A stretch of DNA of 62,261 bases, filler included, from Piptocephalis cylindrospora (lineage: Eukaryota), in the NCBI GenBank assembly GCA_003614145.1. It is 5 parts of 5 records of this genome, joined end to end, with 100 filler letters (N's around TTAATTAATTAA, not from the genome) between each part and the next. Parts side by side here need not be neighbours in the genome. Positions count along the whole stretch, not along the records: positions 25,088 to 37,503 come from KZ987972.1; positions 37,604 to 49,884 come from KZ987974.1; 3 more parts are not named here. One strand, given 5' to 3'. The notes under the pieces are model-generated. The model saw nothing but the letters and a program-made list of their open reading frames with translations. It did not search any database and had not been told where the DNA came from. Position 1 is the first letter of the stretch. Each line of letters starts with the position of its first letter. The position numbers and the translations under genes are program-made. Positions 28,297 to 39,650 of this stretch are shown piece after piece.

Positions 28297-28782
28297 ATGC
28301 TCTCTCTGCCCTCCCTCATCTCATCCATGAGCTTGGCCCTTGCCCTCGTAGGGCAGGCTCAAGGCCAGATGAAACCCGTTGATTACGCAGCTCGTGCAGT
28401 GAACTCTGGGAAGTTCCTGTGTACGGATGGATATCTCCTGGTACTTCGGTCCGACTACACAGATGACTGTGGACTTGCGCCTCCCACAGCCCAGATGCCT
28501 TTTGTGAACTTTATCCGGCCCAACGCCTGGATTTCCGCCACTCCCTCCCCGGTCCACATCAATATTGGCAATATGTCCGACCCGGTCTTTACCACGACTC
28601 TCACCCAACAAAATCCCCCAGCACGCTTCTCCTCCCTGAAGCAAGGATACATCGGGCTCGGAGAGCCTGGGCACATCCGGATCTCGGGTAAGGGCTGTCT
28701 GATCCACCAGGGCAAGAACCATGTCGATACTGGTCTTTGCACAGGAGACCAGTCCCTTTGGGAGATCCAGGCTCGGACCTAG
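28297..28782 (+). CDS. Small secreted protein, possible beta-trefoil/ricin-B-like lectin
   Basis: Signal-peptide-like MLSLPSLISSMSLALALVGQAQG, four Cys, C-terminal GCL..V..GLC..DQSLW pattern, intronless. Confidence 0.65.
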   Translation: MLSLPSLISSMSLALALVGQAQGQMKPVDYAARAVNSGKFLCTDGYLLVLRSDYTDDCGLAPPTAQMPFVNFIRPNAWISATPSPVHINIGNMSDPVFTTTLTQQNPPARFSSLKQGYIGLGEPGHIRISGKGCLIHQGKNHVDTGLCTGDQSLWEIQART

Positions 28783-29440
28783 AGGAGTCTCCCCTAGATT
28801 ATGGCGGTGGTGGGAAGGGTGGTGGTGGGGATAAAGGGTTTAAAATAGCATAAACTTGCCTCCCTTTTGCGTAACTCTTTTCCATTCATGCGCTCTTGGT
28901 CAAATTCACTCCCAGGACCCCCATCATGCAGGAGAGATGGCCGTAAAAGGAAGGTGATCTCGTTCTCGCTTTCAAGTCTCTATGGGGAGTGGAAGGGGTG
29001 ACAAGTGCTGGAAGAGAACACGCATCATTAGGAAGGCTGACAGCTCCTAGTCCGCTCTATGCCCCTCGTCATGCTGGCCCAGGAGCGGGGATTGGTGATG
29101 GATGATCCCTAGAGTTCGCGCACTCAGTCCCCTTTTCCCGATTGGCCTCGAATAGGCCCCAGCCCAACTACACCAATACTCTCCCCCTTTGCGCCTCATT
29201 ATTGCACATCAGGAACCTCTTCCTCCGTGCCGTCTCCTCTGAAACTCCGCCGAATTTTTATCCAAGTCATCCCAACACCATGCTGTCCTTGACATGTCTG
29301 ACCTTGCTGAGTCTTCCTCAATCATTCTTGGTCTTCTCTGTCTTCTTCCTTTTCCCTTCCTTCTCTTCCTTCTCTTCCTCTTCCTCCTCCTTAAACTCCT
29401 CCTCCATATTCATTTCTCGCCTCTCGTATCCCATGCTCCA

Positions 29441-30661
29441 CTAGGCCATCCCTGGCGGAAAAGGAAACTCTGGGGGGGGGGGATGAGGAAGGGTAGAGTA
29501 GATACCCGTTTCCAGAGACCCCTCGGTCTCGACCTTGTCCCGGCTAGACAGGCCTGTTTGGGTGGACCGACTCCCATAGCGCACATCCTCTCCCAGCGCC
29601 CTTTCTTCTAATTTCCTTGACCGCACCAAGCCCTCCTTCCGAATGTCCAGGACGAGGACGAGAGCAATGATGAAGAAGGCATAGATGGAGATGAGGACGG
29701 TAAAGGTGTAGAAGGTAATTTCACTGAAAAGTAAAAGGCTATACGCCCAATTGGTCATGGCGGAGATCACCATGAATTGTATACCGGATGAAGCTGCTCC
29801 GATTAGGGCGACCCGATGTACTGCTCGCATCCCATTGAGGGCCTTGGCTACCTCCACTGCGTACGGGCTGCTCGTCTTACTGGGCCCCCCGGCCCCTCGA
29901 TCATCGCTTCCCCCAATTCCCGAGCCATCCAGGGTGCCCTGAGAGGATCCGGCGAACCGGGTCGTGTTCCATGGGTGGTCAGGCTGATCCCGCGCCTCCT
30001 GGAGCTCCGTGTCCACGACCTGGGCAAAACATACCCCATATTCGTAACAGCACAGAGAGACCAAGATGGAAGGGTAGAGGTAGCATGTACCATAGAGGAT
30101 ACAGAATACCATGTACCACACCTGGTTCCCATGATCTAGGCCTATAGCAGAGAGGACTCCCATGATCCCTCCCAAGAAGCAAAGTGCTGGGATGAAACGG
30201 AGGAGACGTTGGATGGTACGTTGACTTAGGCCAAGGTGAACCGTATCAAAATCAATACTTCCGGCCATGGTGACCAAGCCAGAGAGGTAGGGCCGAAGGC
30301 CGACGTACATGAAAGGGTAGGCTATGGATCTCATAAGCTCCCGTACCCAGTAGGGGCTGTTCACATCCACGAGCAGGAGGATGGCGTGGATCCCCATGAA
30401 GATGACGGACAAAGCATATGCCAGGGACAATGACAAGAGTGGAGGCCATCTGGAGGTGGGTCGCAAAAGGTACATGTAAAGGGAATTTCGCATAAAGAGA
30501 GCAGCATTGGCCATGAGACCCAGCGCACAGGCCACCGTTATGATGTAGTACCCGACTACATAGACCTGGCTTTCCCGGCAATCCCGGATGTTGAGGTTCC
30601 ACCGGCAAGGGGTCATGTCAGGATTATCAGGTAGATAGAGGGGGTCATTTGGATGGTACAT
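29441..30661 (-). CDS. Seven-transmembrane GPCR-like protein
   Basis: Intronless ~406-aa ORF with seven hydrophobic segments, a short Cys-pair N-terminus (CRWNLNIRDC), a long polar loop between TM5 and TM6, and a polar tail. Confidence 0.7.
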   Translation of the reverse strand: MYHPNDPLYLPDNPDMTPCRWNLNIRDCRESQVYVVGYYIITVACALGLMANAALFMRNSLYMYLLRPTSRWPPLLSLSLAYALSVIFMGIHAILLLVDVNSPYWVRELMRSIAYPFMYVGLRPYLSGLVTMAGSIDFDTVHLGLSQRTIQRLLRFIPALCFLGGIMGVLSAIGLDHGNQVWYMVFCILYGTCYLYPSILVSLCCYEYGVCFAQVVDTELQEARDQPDHPWNTTRFAGSSQGTLDGSGIGGSDDRGAGGPSKTSSPYAVEVAKALNGMRAVHRVALIGAASSGIQFMVISAMTNWAYSLLLFSEITFYTFTVLISIYAFFIIALVLVLDIRKEGLVRSRKLEERALGEDVRYGSRSTQTGLSSRDKVETEGSLETGIYSTLPHPPPPEFPFPPGMA

Positions 30662-32377
30662 GATAGACCTCGGGCCCAAGAAGGCAGAAGGGAGGAAGGG
30701 GAGGGGGGGATCCGTAAAGTGGTGAGCAGCAAATGTAGCAATAGCAAGATGTGATCAAGGGGGAAGGGGTAAGGGAGGAATTAGGTCGGGAGGGTAGGGG
30801 ATATGATATGTATCCAGATTCTGACCTCCAAGGCATGATCTCATGGAACAAGAGATCATCGCACCCTCTCTGAGGAAGAAAAAGATTGGTTATGAGAGGT
30901 CCTCTCCTCCCCACACATCCTGAGTAGACTGGGGTTAACTTGGAAAGACATGTGCTGGAAGGATGTATAAGATAATTCATGCGAAGATCTGCCGTGTGAT
31001 TGGATGAAACACCCAGCTTTCCAGATGAGTGTGCATGTGCAGCAGTATAGACTGCCCGACTGTGAGAGCGGGGAGGGAGCCCTTCTCCCCCCTACCCCAA
31101 TTGCTTGGATATGTTCCACATGACCAGGGTATGTAGGATGGGAGGGTGGGAGCGGAGGGTGAATAGCCGACATGAGTGGAATTCACATACAAGCATTTCT
31201 ATGACTTGACCTTTATGCCCTTACACATGAGTGATTGGATGAAGTGGATGGGTCCTTGCCGATTTATTCATGCAGATTGGATAATAAGCCTTATAAACTC
31301 CGAATGTGTGTGCCATAGTGTGGGGCTTCTTTTCCTCAAATACAAGCCCCCAGGACCTCTGGGTGCCCTCTCCGTTCGTGCCTACCTCCAGTAGCGGAGT
31401 TTCATCTTGTCTCAATGAATGTACGGCTCTTGCAATGGCCTGTCTTTTTGCAGGAGCCTCTTCCCTCCCCAAGGATGGATCGGGGCCTTGTGAATGGGTT
31501 CTAGCCTGGCTGGTGCTTCAATGGGGGCGGCTATCCCGTCTTGTCATGGCCCGGGTGTGTGGGGTTCATCCAGGGAGGACGCGTTGTCTGCGCGAGAGCT
31601 CTCTCAGCAAAAAGGGAAGTATGACGATAAGAAGGGTCCAGCCTGGTACTACAAGCTAGTCATTCCAATCCGCCACGGCCTTTCCATTGACGGTAGAGTC
31701 ATTTCGTCCGTCGAGGCATGAAATGCCATGGAGGCGCATAGAGAAAAGAGGCCATATTCTTTTCCATTCCCCCATTCCCTTTACTTTTCTTGTTTTGAAT
31801 TTCCGATTCAAAGTGAATAGCCCTCCTCATGAAGAGCTGTGGATAGACCTTGAATGCACACATCGTCCGGAAACAAGGTCGAAGGATAAACAGTCTCTTC
31901 TGGGACTGGTGAACGCACTTTCCCATCCCACTTTCCTTCTCCGACCATGGGAGATCCTTCCCGGTTCTCAGGACTTCTTTGAGCACACGGAAAGACCGCC
32001 CTTATCCGTATCCCCAAGCGATCTTTCTTTAGCGAAGCGGAGCAGGAAGACCAATCAAAGGCCATCCGTGACGTGACGCGTAAAAAATCTCTCACACGAT
32101 CCTCATACTGCAGAGGAAGTATCGGATAGAGAGGTTACAGCATTGCTCTTCCACCCCATCTTGGTCCACATCTCCGCCATACTTGCGTTATTTGGTGTAT
32201 GTGTGGTCAATCCTCTTCCCAGCGACACTGAGGTGGCATAGAGAGCCTGTGTGTATTATTACTAGGGAAAGATACACTTTGACACTCCGCTTCGTCATCC
32301 GATATTCCCTTATCCAACCTCTCTTTCTTCCACACTTTCCCTTCATTCAGCTTCATTTTCCCGCGCAAAAAATTCCC

Positions 32378-33308
32378 ATGATTACCGTTATTCTAGGAAC
32401 AGGCCCAGGATTGGGAGCCGCCTTGGTCCGCCAATTTACTGGTCAAGGCCACACGGTGGTGGCCATGGCCAGGAGAAAGGGTATGTGTCCAAGTTGGTAT
32501 CGAGGGTGAGGAGAGCATGCACTGCTCCAGGTCATCTCACCCTCACGTCCATCCAAGATTTCCTGGATTCTCTGTGTGAAGAAGAGGCCAAAAAAGGAGG
32601 GAAAGTACGTCTATGCATCCTTGTCCATCTCCCCCATCTACTCATTCCTCCACCTTCAGATCATTGGAGTGCCCTGTGATGCCTCCAAGCCAGAAAGTAT
32701 CAAGGATGCCTTTGCCCAAATCCCAAAGTCAGACAAGGTGGGCTGCCTGATCTATAATGCATCCGCTCCCTTTCGTCCCGCGTCGATCCTCGATACGACC
32801 CCAGAGGAGATGGAGGCTGCGTGGAAGGCCACATGCCTAGGGGCCCTCGTGGCCTCCCAAGCCATCCTTCCCGGGATGGTTGCACAGGGCTATGGAACCA
32901 TTCTCTTCACCGGGGCCACCGCATCCATCCGTGGTTCCGCCAAGATGTCCGCCCTGGCCGTCCCCAAGTTTGGCGTACGCGCCCTTGCCCAGTCCATTGC
33001 CCGGGAATTTGGTCCCCAAGGCATTCATGCCTCGCACATCCTTGTTGATGGGGTCATTGATACGGAAAAGTAAAATCATTGCTCTTGCATGGATACCTTC
33101 TAAACATGCGGGCTGGAGTGTACTCATCGTCACACTTCCCCCCCTCCCATCCTACAGGACTAGACAGTACCTTGGGGATAAGCCCATACCCCAGGATTCC
33201 CTTCTTTCCCCCTCAGCCATGGCCCAGGTTTATTGGCAATTGTATGCGCAAGATCGGTCTGTTTGGACTCAAGAACTGGATATTCGGCCCTTTGTCGAGA
33301 AATTTTAA
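32378..33308 (+). CDS. Short-chain dehydrogenase/reductase, 4 exons
   Basis: GTGPGLG Rossmann motif, LIYNA, TILFTGATASIRG, KFGVRALAQSIAREFGPQGIH, QDRSVWTQELDIRP. Confidence 0.92.
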
Positions 33309-33693
33309 GTGCTTTCTCAGGCCGATATTTGCTCCTCTCCGAGCGGCGAGAGAGGCGAACATCCTATGTCTCTTCTACACTTCAAGATCCCCAGCTTGAG
33401 ATAAAAATATATTTGAGGAAGAGAGCTTGGGGAGACCTTTTGACCCGTCATTTCCAAATATATAAAAAAGGCACATTTCAATTACGACCTCCCTCTCTCT
33501 GTCCTTTGGCCAGCCCAACATGATGTATGTGGTGTTGTGTCAGATCCTTTTTATTCCTTCCTCAGAAGGTGGAATATCCTGCCCACAGGCCCCCGTGGGA
33601 TTCTTATCAGTATCGTATCCATTCCTAGTCGTGTCGTCCCCTATACATGGGATCTCTGACCTTACCCCCTTCTTCCCCTACATCTGCTTTGAC

Positions 33694-34972
33694 ATGTCTA
33701 GTACAACCCAACTTTCTCCCTTCTTGACCCAGCTATTACAGGATATAGCCTCTCACTCTCCACGGGTGGTATCAGAAGGGATGGCACCCGAAGATGGTCA
33801 GCCCTGTCGAAGGGCCGCGGTTGCCCTCGTCCTTCGTAGGCCCCCACCCTCCTCGTCCCAGCCTCCCCTCTCTCCTCTTTCCCTATCCGAACTCCTGTCG
33901 GTGAAGAGAGGTACATGGGCCCTTGGTCTTTGGGTGACTATGGAGGCGCCTGACTCACCGTTCTCTTCCATCCTAGATTCTGACTTGGCCAAGAAAGCCC
34001 CAGCTGTGGATTGGGCATCCCTCGAACTTCTCTACATTGTCCGGGCCACCAGCCGAGCGGATCCTTGGTCTGGTCAGGTACAGTCGAGCGTGGCCCGCGC
34101 CTACTTGTGATTCATCCCGTCTAGCTAACCATAGCCACACATGCATACACGCTCTCTCTCTCTGCTTAGGTGGCATTTCCTGGAGGCAAAGCCGACCCAG
34201 AGGATGTTTCGGACCAAGCCACGGCCGAACGGGAGGCTTTTGAGGAGGTGGGGCTGGATTTACGATCATCCGAGTACGTATCCTCTTTCTCCCTTATCCC
34301 ACCCCGTCCCATCCCACCCCTAAAACCCCCAAATCCCCTAATCATCCCATCTTAAGCTTTTCTCATGTAGGATCCTTGGACGAGATACCGACGGATCGAC
34401 CCACATCAAGGTCTCGTCGTATCCATCTCATCATCTCTCCCCATGTGTTCCTTCACGTTGGTGTGGATTGCCCTCCCATCCTGGCTAATCCAGATGAGGT
34501 GGCAAACACACTGTGGGTCCCTCTCTCTTTCCTGGTTTCATCCATGCCACCCGACTACACCGTCCGAATCTCCCTGACAAGTCGCTTTCTCCCTCCCACT
34601 CGAGGCTGCCTCACTCCCATCATTGCCTGTCTTCTCGGAGATCTCCTTCTTCCGGGCATCCGACTCAAGGGTGAGGAAAACATGTCCAAGATCATCGGGT
34701 TGGGTGATGGTCCTATCCTCTGGGGACTAAGCCTTTCCATTACCCATTCCCTCCTCACTCTTCCCTTCGTCCATCATCCATCCTCCTCTACCCATCACAT
34801 ACCTCCGCTCCCTCCGTACAGCTTTACCCATTGGCCCTGGAGGGTCATTTCATCTGCTCTTGGCTTCGTTTCCCCCACCCGTCCTCACCCATGGTACACC
34901 TTGGCCATTGGCCTTGGTTTTGCTTTCCTCCTTCCTCTTTCCATGGCTTCCTACTCTCTTCTTTCTGGATAA
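33694..34972 (+). CDS. Nudix hydrolase (CoA-pyrophosphatase-like) with C-terminal hydrophobic anchor, multi-exon
   Basis: RRAAVALVLR, DPWSGQ|VAFPGGKADPEDVSDQATAEREAFEEVGLDL Nudix box, ILWGLSL. Confidence 0.9.
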
Positions 34973-35247
34973 TCCTTTGTTCTGCCTTGAGGGGCTGGCC
35001 TGTCCATGTTGGCATGCATATCTCTCATCCATCCCAAAAATCCTAGAGCGGATGAGTGTCATAGTGTCTACCTTTACTGAATGTATGGATATGCTTTTTA
35101 TTATAGCGAGACTGATGGTTGAATAGCCTTTTAGAGGATGGGTGGAAAAGCCTTCTTCTCATCCTGGATCATCCTCGCACATTCCATCTCATTCTTAATC
35201 CCTCGTGTCAACTCCGCATCATCCTCTTCCCCATCCCCTCATTGAGC

Positions 35248-36772
35248 ATGTTCCGCCTAACCAAGATCCCCGCCCCTCTTGTCGACTATCCCCATGACCT
35301 GGAAGGTCTAGGATACACCTTTACCCCAGAAGGACGCATGGTGGATAAGGTCACTGGTAAGCCCTCGGAAACTAGAGTCTTCGATTTACCCTCTCACCCC
35401 CTCCTCGCCATGATAGGAGAGCCAGCCGCACCCAAACCACCCAAGGTATCCCAAAGTACCTGGATTCGCGCTTACTCGGGTAGGTCAGGGCTTAGCCCAA
35501 TATATCCCCTTCTTTTCCCTTCCAAAACCAATGACCTCCCTCGCTGGTCACCTGAGACTAGATGGGCTGAGCAAGGAGGTCAGGCGATGGATGCAGGAAA
35601 CATGGAATTTACGACCCTTACCACTTACCACCCCGGAGAAGCCCCATGCGACCATCTATCATTCGTAGGCTCATCGGATGTGTCTCATCATTTTTAGGAG
35701 GTGATGGTCCCCTACTCACCTTCCCTACCCCTCTTTTGAATGTGATGACCCAGGGAGGATCTATTGGATCATCCATCCAACATCCTAGTTATCCTACCTA
35801 CTGTTGGTGAAAAGTAAGGCTCTCTGTTTGGGCCTCCCACCCCGCCCGTCTCATTGTCTCTCGTAGGGTAGGACAATGGTCCAAGATGGCCATTCGGGAT
35901 GTGGGTATGCGAGAAGGTGCGGTGGGCTCCTACGTGGACATGGCCAAGGAGCTAGGCTATTCCGTTGTCATCCTCTGTCCAGGGGAAATATACTGGAGGG
36001 ATGGGTCTAGCGATGTAGGTCATGGCTCATAGGGTGGTAGAGCACCATGGCCATCCCAATCACTCTAAACAAGGTCCCCTCCTTCATCTCCCCTCGAGGG
36101 GGATATAGAGTCATTCAGACCCGGATCAGCCTTCCCTTCCACTCCCAAGCAGTGGGTCACCCGAAGAACATGTTGCCACAGCCATGGACCTACTGCTATC
36201 GTCAGATCCTTTCCCCTTGCCTCTTCCACCCATTTTCATCTTCTTATCCGTTTCTTCTACATAGGAAATGCCCTCGCGTCTCCTCCAAGCTTCACTTTGT
36301 TGTCCATGCATACAGCGGCCACATCCTCATGGACTGGCTCACCACCCATTTCAATGATCTGGAGGATCGACTGGGTCAAGTGGCCCTCATTGATTCGCAT
36401 CACGTGCTATCCCCCCACGCAATTCATCAGTATCCCGATCGTCTCTTGACTTGGTTCTTTGACCATGCCTGTCACTGGGGTGATAAGGCTAGCGATCCCG
36501 TCCTTCCCGACCCTATCGTTCTGAATCAAGAGGAGGAAGAGGAAGAAGAGAATGATGACTCGGGATGGGGCAAGCCAGAGAAAATCAATTCTGAATGGGA
36601 ACATGGAGGGGCCCTTTCCCTATCCCATCGTTACGGTTGCCCTCATATCTCCATTGAACCACTCTCTCAGGACACGGGCCCGGCTCGTTCTTATCAATCT
36701 CTCCTACCCCATGATGCCCTTCCCATGGTCAAGGAATTCCTCCTTCAGCGCGCGCCCCCTCCCTCCTCTTAA
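35248..36772 (+). CDS. Arb2-domain protein, FAM172A-like, multi-exon
   Basis: LEGLGYTFTPEG, GQWSK..YVDMAKELGYSVVILCP, SPEEHV, FVVHAYSG and VALIDSHH parallel remembered FAM172A motifs (GQWARR, GYGVIVLNP, SPEEH, AHSYGG, VALTDSVH). Confidence 0.8.
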
Positions 36773-36844
36773 GCATTTCCCTTCTCCCCAATGCATTGCA
36801 GGTATGGCAGGCAATAAAGACGTAAATGTCCATTTCACCCCCCT

Positions 36845-36875
<31 letters not shown>

Positions 36876-36896
36876 CTTGTTCTTATCTCATTCCCC

Positions 36897-37503
36897 TCAC
36901 CAGTCATCTTCGGTGGGAAGGCCATTGACAAGGCCAAGGAGGGCTGTGGCGGCATTCAGGACAATTTGTGTTCCAAACCCACGGTACAGCCCCTGAACTC
37001 CCCAGCCATCCCCGCCCCAGCTACTAGCCCGAGGCCTCCCGCTCCGGGAACTACCGGAGCCGTGCTTCCCGCCACTGCGCACACTTCTCCTCCCACCCTC
37101 CTCCATGACCACTCGTCGAAGGCAATCCCCGAACCCGGTGTAGTTCCGACCCACTGCGACGCACGTTGGTAATTCCCGGGCTCCACCCCGCGTTTGGACC
37201 TGCAACCGCTTCCGCACCGTCTCCACTGGCATGAGGATCACGGCCCCTAGGGTGTTGACTGCAAAGATCGACAAGGCGTACAGTGCAGGAGCCTCACTTC
37301 GAGACACAGAGAGGACCCGTTCAATGAGCAAGGGGGCCGCGTGATGCAAGAGGGGTCGAAGTGTGTGGACCAGGAGGGTAGGGCCTAGCAGCGGGTTATG
37401 CAAGTAGAGGGATAAGAAGGAGTGCTCGTGCTCCGTGGTCACTAGGGTAAAGAGAGCATGTAAAGCAGAGGGGTACCGACGATGCATAACATCACCAGTT
37501 TGA
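36897..37503 (-). CDS. UGO1: Ugo1/SLC25A46-like protein, 3' part (in-frame continuation from 25088)
   Basis: Shares MHRRYPSALHALF with the end of ORF 25040-25522, then MPVETVRKRLQVQ, GLYRGF and a stop at 36897. Confidence 0.87.
37449..37503 (+). repeat. 55-bp terminal direct repeat of contig 3, right copy
   Basis: Identical to 25088-25142. Confidence 0.98.
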
Positions 37504-37603
37504 NNNNNNNNNNNNNNNNNNNNNNNNNNNNNNNNNNNNNNNNNNNNTTAATTAATTAANNNNNNNNNNNNNNNNNNNNNNNNNNNNNNNNNNNNNNNNN
37601 NNN
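37504..37603. other. Artificial contig spacer
   Basis: N44-TTAATTAATTAA-N44. Confidence 0.99.
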
Positions 37604-37800
37604 CTTTTGCGCTTCCTGTCGGTCGTCCTCACTGGTACGGTCATCCCCCCTCCCCGCTAATAATAATAACAAAACAATGACAGGAGGCAGATGCATCTGG
37701 GGAAGTGTGTGTGATATGCGGAGGGGAGCAGGAACACACCATCACTGCCATCTCTCATCCGTTGACGGCTCAATGAAGCCCAGGTCGCATTATCAGCCAC

Positions 37801-37830
37801 CACACACACGGGGATATCCCCTTGTGTGTG
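37801..37830. repeat. 30-bp palindrome with one mismatch
   Basis: CACACACACGGGGATATCCCCTTGTGTGTG; 14 of 15 pairs are complementary. Confidence 0.85.
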
Positions 37831-38575
37831 AGAGCAATGTATCTGCGCGTACCAATCATTCCTTCCCAAGGCTAAAATTACCCAAATCGGTCGAAAATCA
37901 CGATCAATTCCATCCCTGTTGTATCTACACTGTGTTTAAAAAGTAGATCTGGTCCCATTAAACAGTCCCTATACGATATATCTTTTCTCACAGGGGCCCT
38001 AGAGGAGTGATAATGCATCCATTAGATTTCTCTTGTTTAGCTCTGTCCAATGGTATATAAATTAATATGTTGACGACTTGAAAAACCTTTTTATTTTACC
38101 CATTTTGACGAACAAAACGGTTAATAAAGTGCAAACTTTTGATCACGAAAATAAAAATTAAAAGATTTGGATGCTTTTGATGCTTTTGATGCTTTAATAT
38201 TTTTATGATCTATAAATATTTATATCCCTAGAAAGCCCTTTGAACGTTGCATCTAATGGTTGTATTTTCACTAAATTACCTTTATTGAATGAGGAAATAC
38301 TACTAAGAAGATTTGTCCGTATGGAAGGGATCTGTGCTTTTGACACACAGTGTATTTGGCGCGTTTTTAGCTTCAGACAGACAGTAATTGGGAGACATGG
38401 GTAACAGCGAGGAAAAGCGGGACTTTATCCTCCCAGCATATGATCCTACCTTACTGAGCGCTATGGTGGGAAGCGCCTTGGATTTCAACATACCAGCCCC
38501 TCATTTCATCCCAACCCATATCCTTTATTTACCGACGCGTCAAGCTGTTCTTCCTCTCATCTTCTGAGCACAAGG

Positions 38576-39290
38576 ATGCGTACCAACGAGAACATCGTCT
38601 TGGTCGGGAGCAAAGTGGCTCTTGTCCCCTATCGGCGCGAGCATGTTGGCCGGTACCACGATTGGATGAAGTCCATCGAGCTTCAGGGTAGGCTCTGAGC
38701 CCTGTTCCTTGGTCTGCCCTGCCTTCTCAACTCACTTTTGCTCTACTGTAGAACTTACCGCATCTGAGCCTCTGAGTCTGGAGGCAGAGTATGATATGCA
38801 GGCCTCCTGGCACACGGATGCGGACAAGTGCACCTTTATCCTTGTAGACCATCCCTCGTCTGCTCCCGTCCCTAGCTCCTGGAAAGACCTCTCTGTGCAC
38901 AATATGGTGGGTGATGTGAACTTTTTTCTCAATGAACCGGATGATCCCAAAACTGCTGAGGTGGAAATCATGCTAGCCGAACCCGCGGCTCGGGGTCGTG
39001 GCCTCGGTCTCCAGGCCTTGGCCATGATGCTGATGTACGGTGTGGAGACCCTGGGTCTGCATCGGATCATCAGTAAAATTGGCATGGGCAACACCTCTAG
39101 TCTCCGGCTCTTCCAGGACCGTCTGGGCTTTGTTCAGATTAGTGAGTCAGCCATCTTTCAGGAAGTGACCCTGAGTTTGTCCTTGACCCCAGATTCCGAT
39201 GCGCTACGTCAAGTAAGGGACTTGGCCGGCAGGGTAGAACAGATGGCCTACAGGGTGGACCCGAAACCAGCCCACAGGGATATTGAATAG
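38576..39290 (+). CDS. NAT9: GNAT N-acetyltransferase 9-like, 2 exons
   Basis: MRTNEN..LVPYRREHVGRYHDWM..ELTASEPLSLEAEYDMQASWHTDADKCTFIL, MVGDVNFFL, EVEIMLAEPAARGRGLG. Confidence 0.94.
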
Positions 39291-39650
39291 AGTGGCAGGG
39301 ATTCAGGGTAATTCATTAAGCGGGCGGGATGTGTACATGGGCTAGATAAGTGTGTGCAGTGTGGTCGGAGCTGGGTATTTCACCCCAATATTTCATGGTC
39401 CGCTCCTAGGCCCACTAGATAGGGAAAGGGAGGATGAAAAAAAGATGGGTGCGCCTTCTCATCCTGGTACTTGTTCAGCTTCCTTCTTCCTCCCCCCCTC
39501 CCCCTCATCCTTCCTTACCTTGCCATTGTGGTGGCCTCGTACGTCAAACTACTCCCGAAACGATTATCAACTCGACCTCACCGTTCATTCCTTCACTTAC
39601 TCGCTCCTTTGCTCATCCCCTCTTATTCGCTTACGATACGCCCAAGTACC

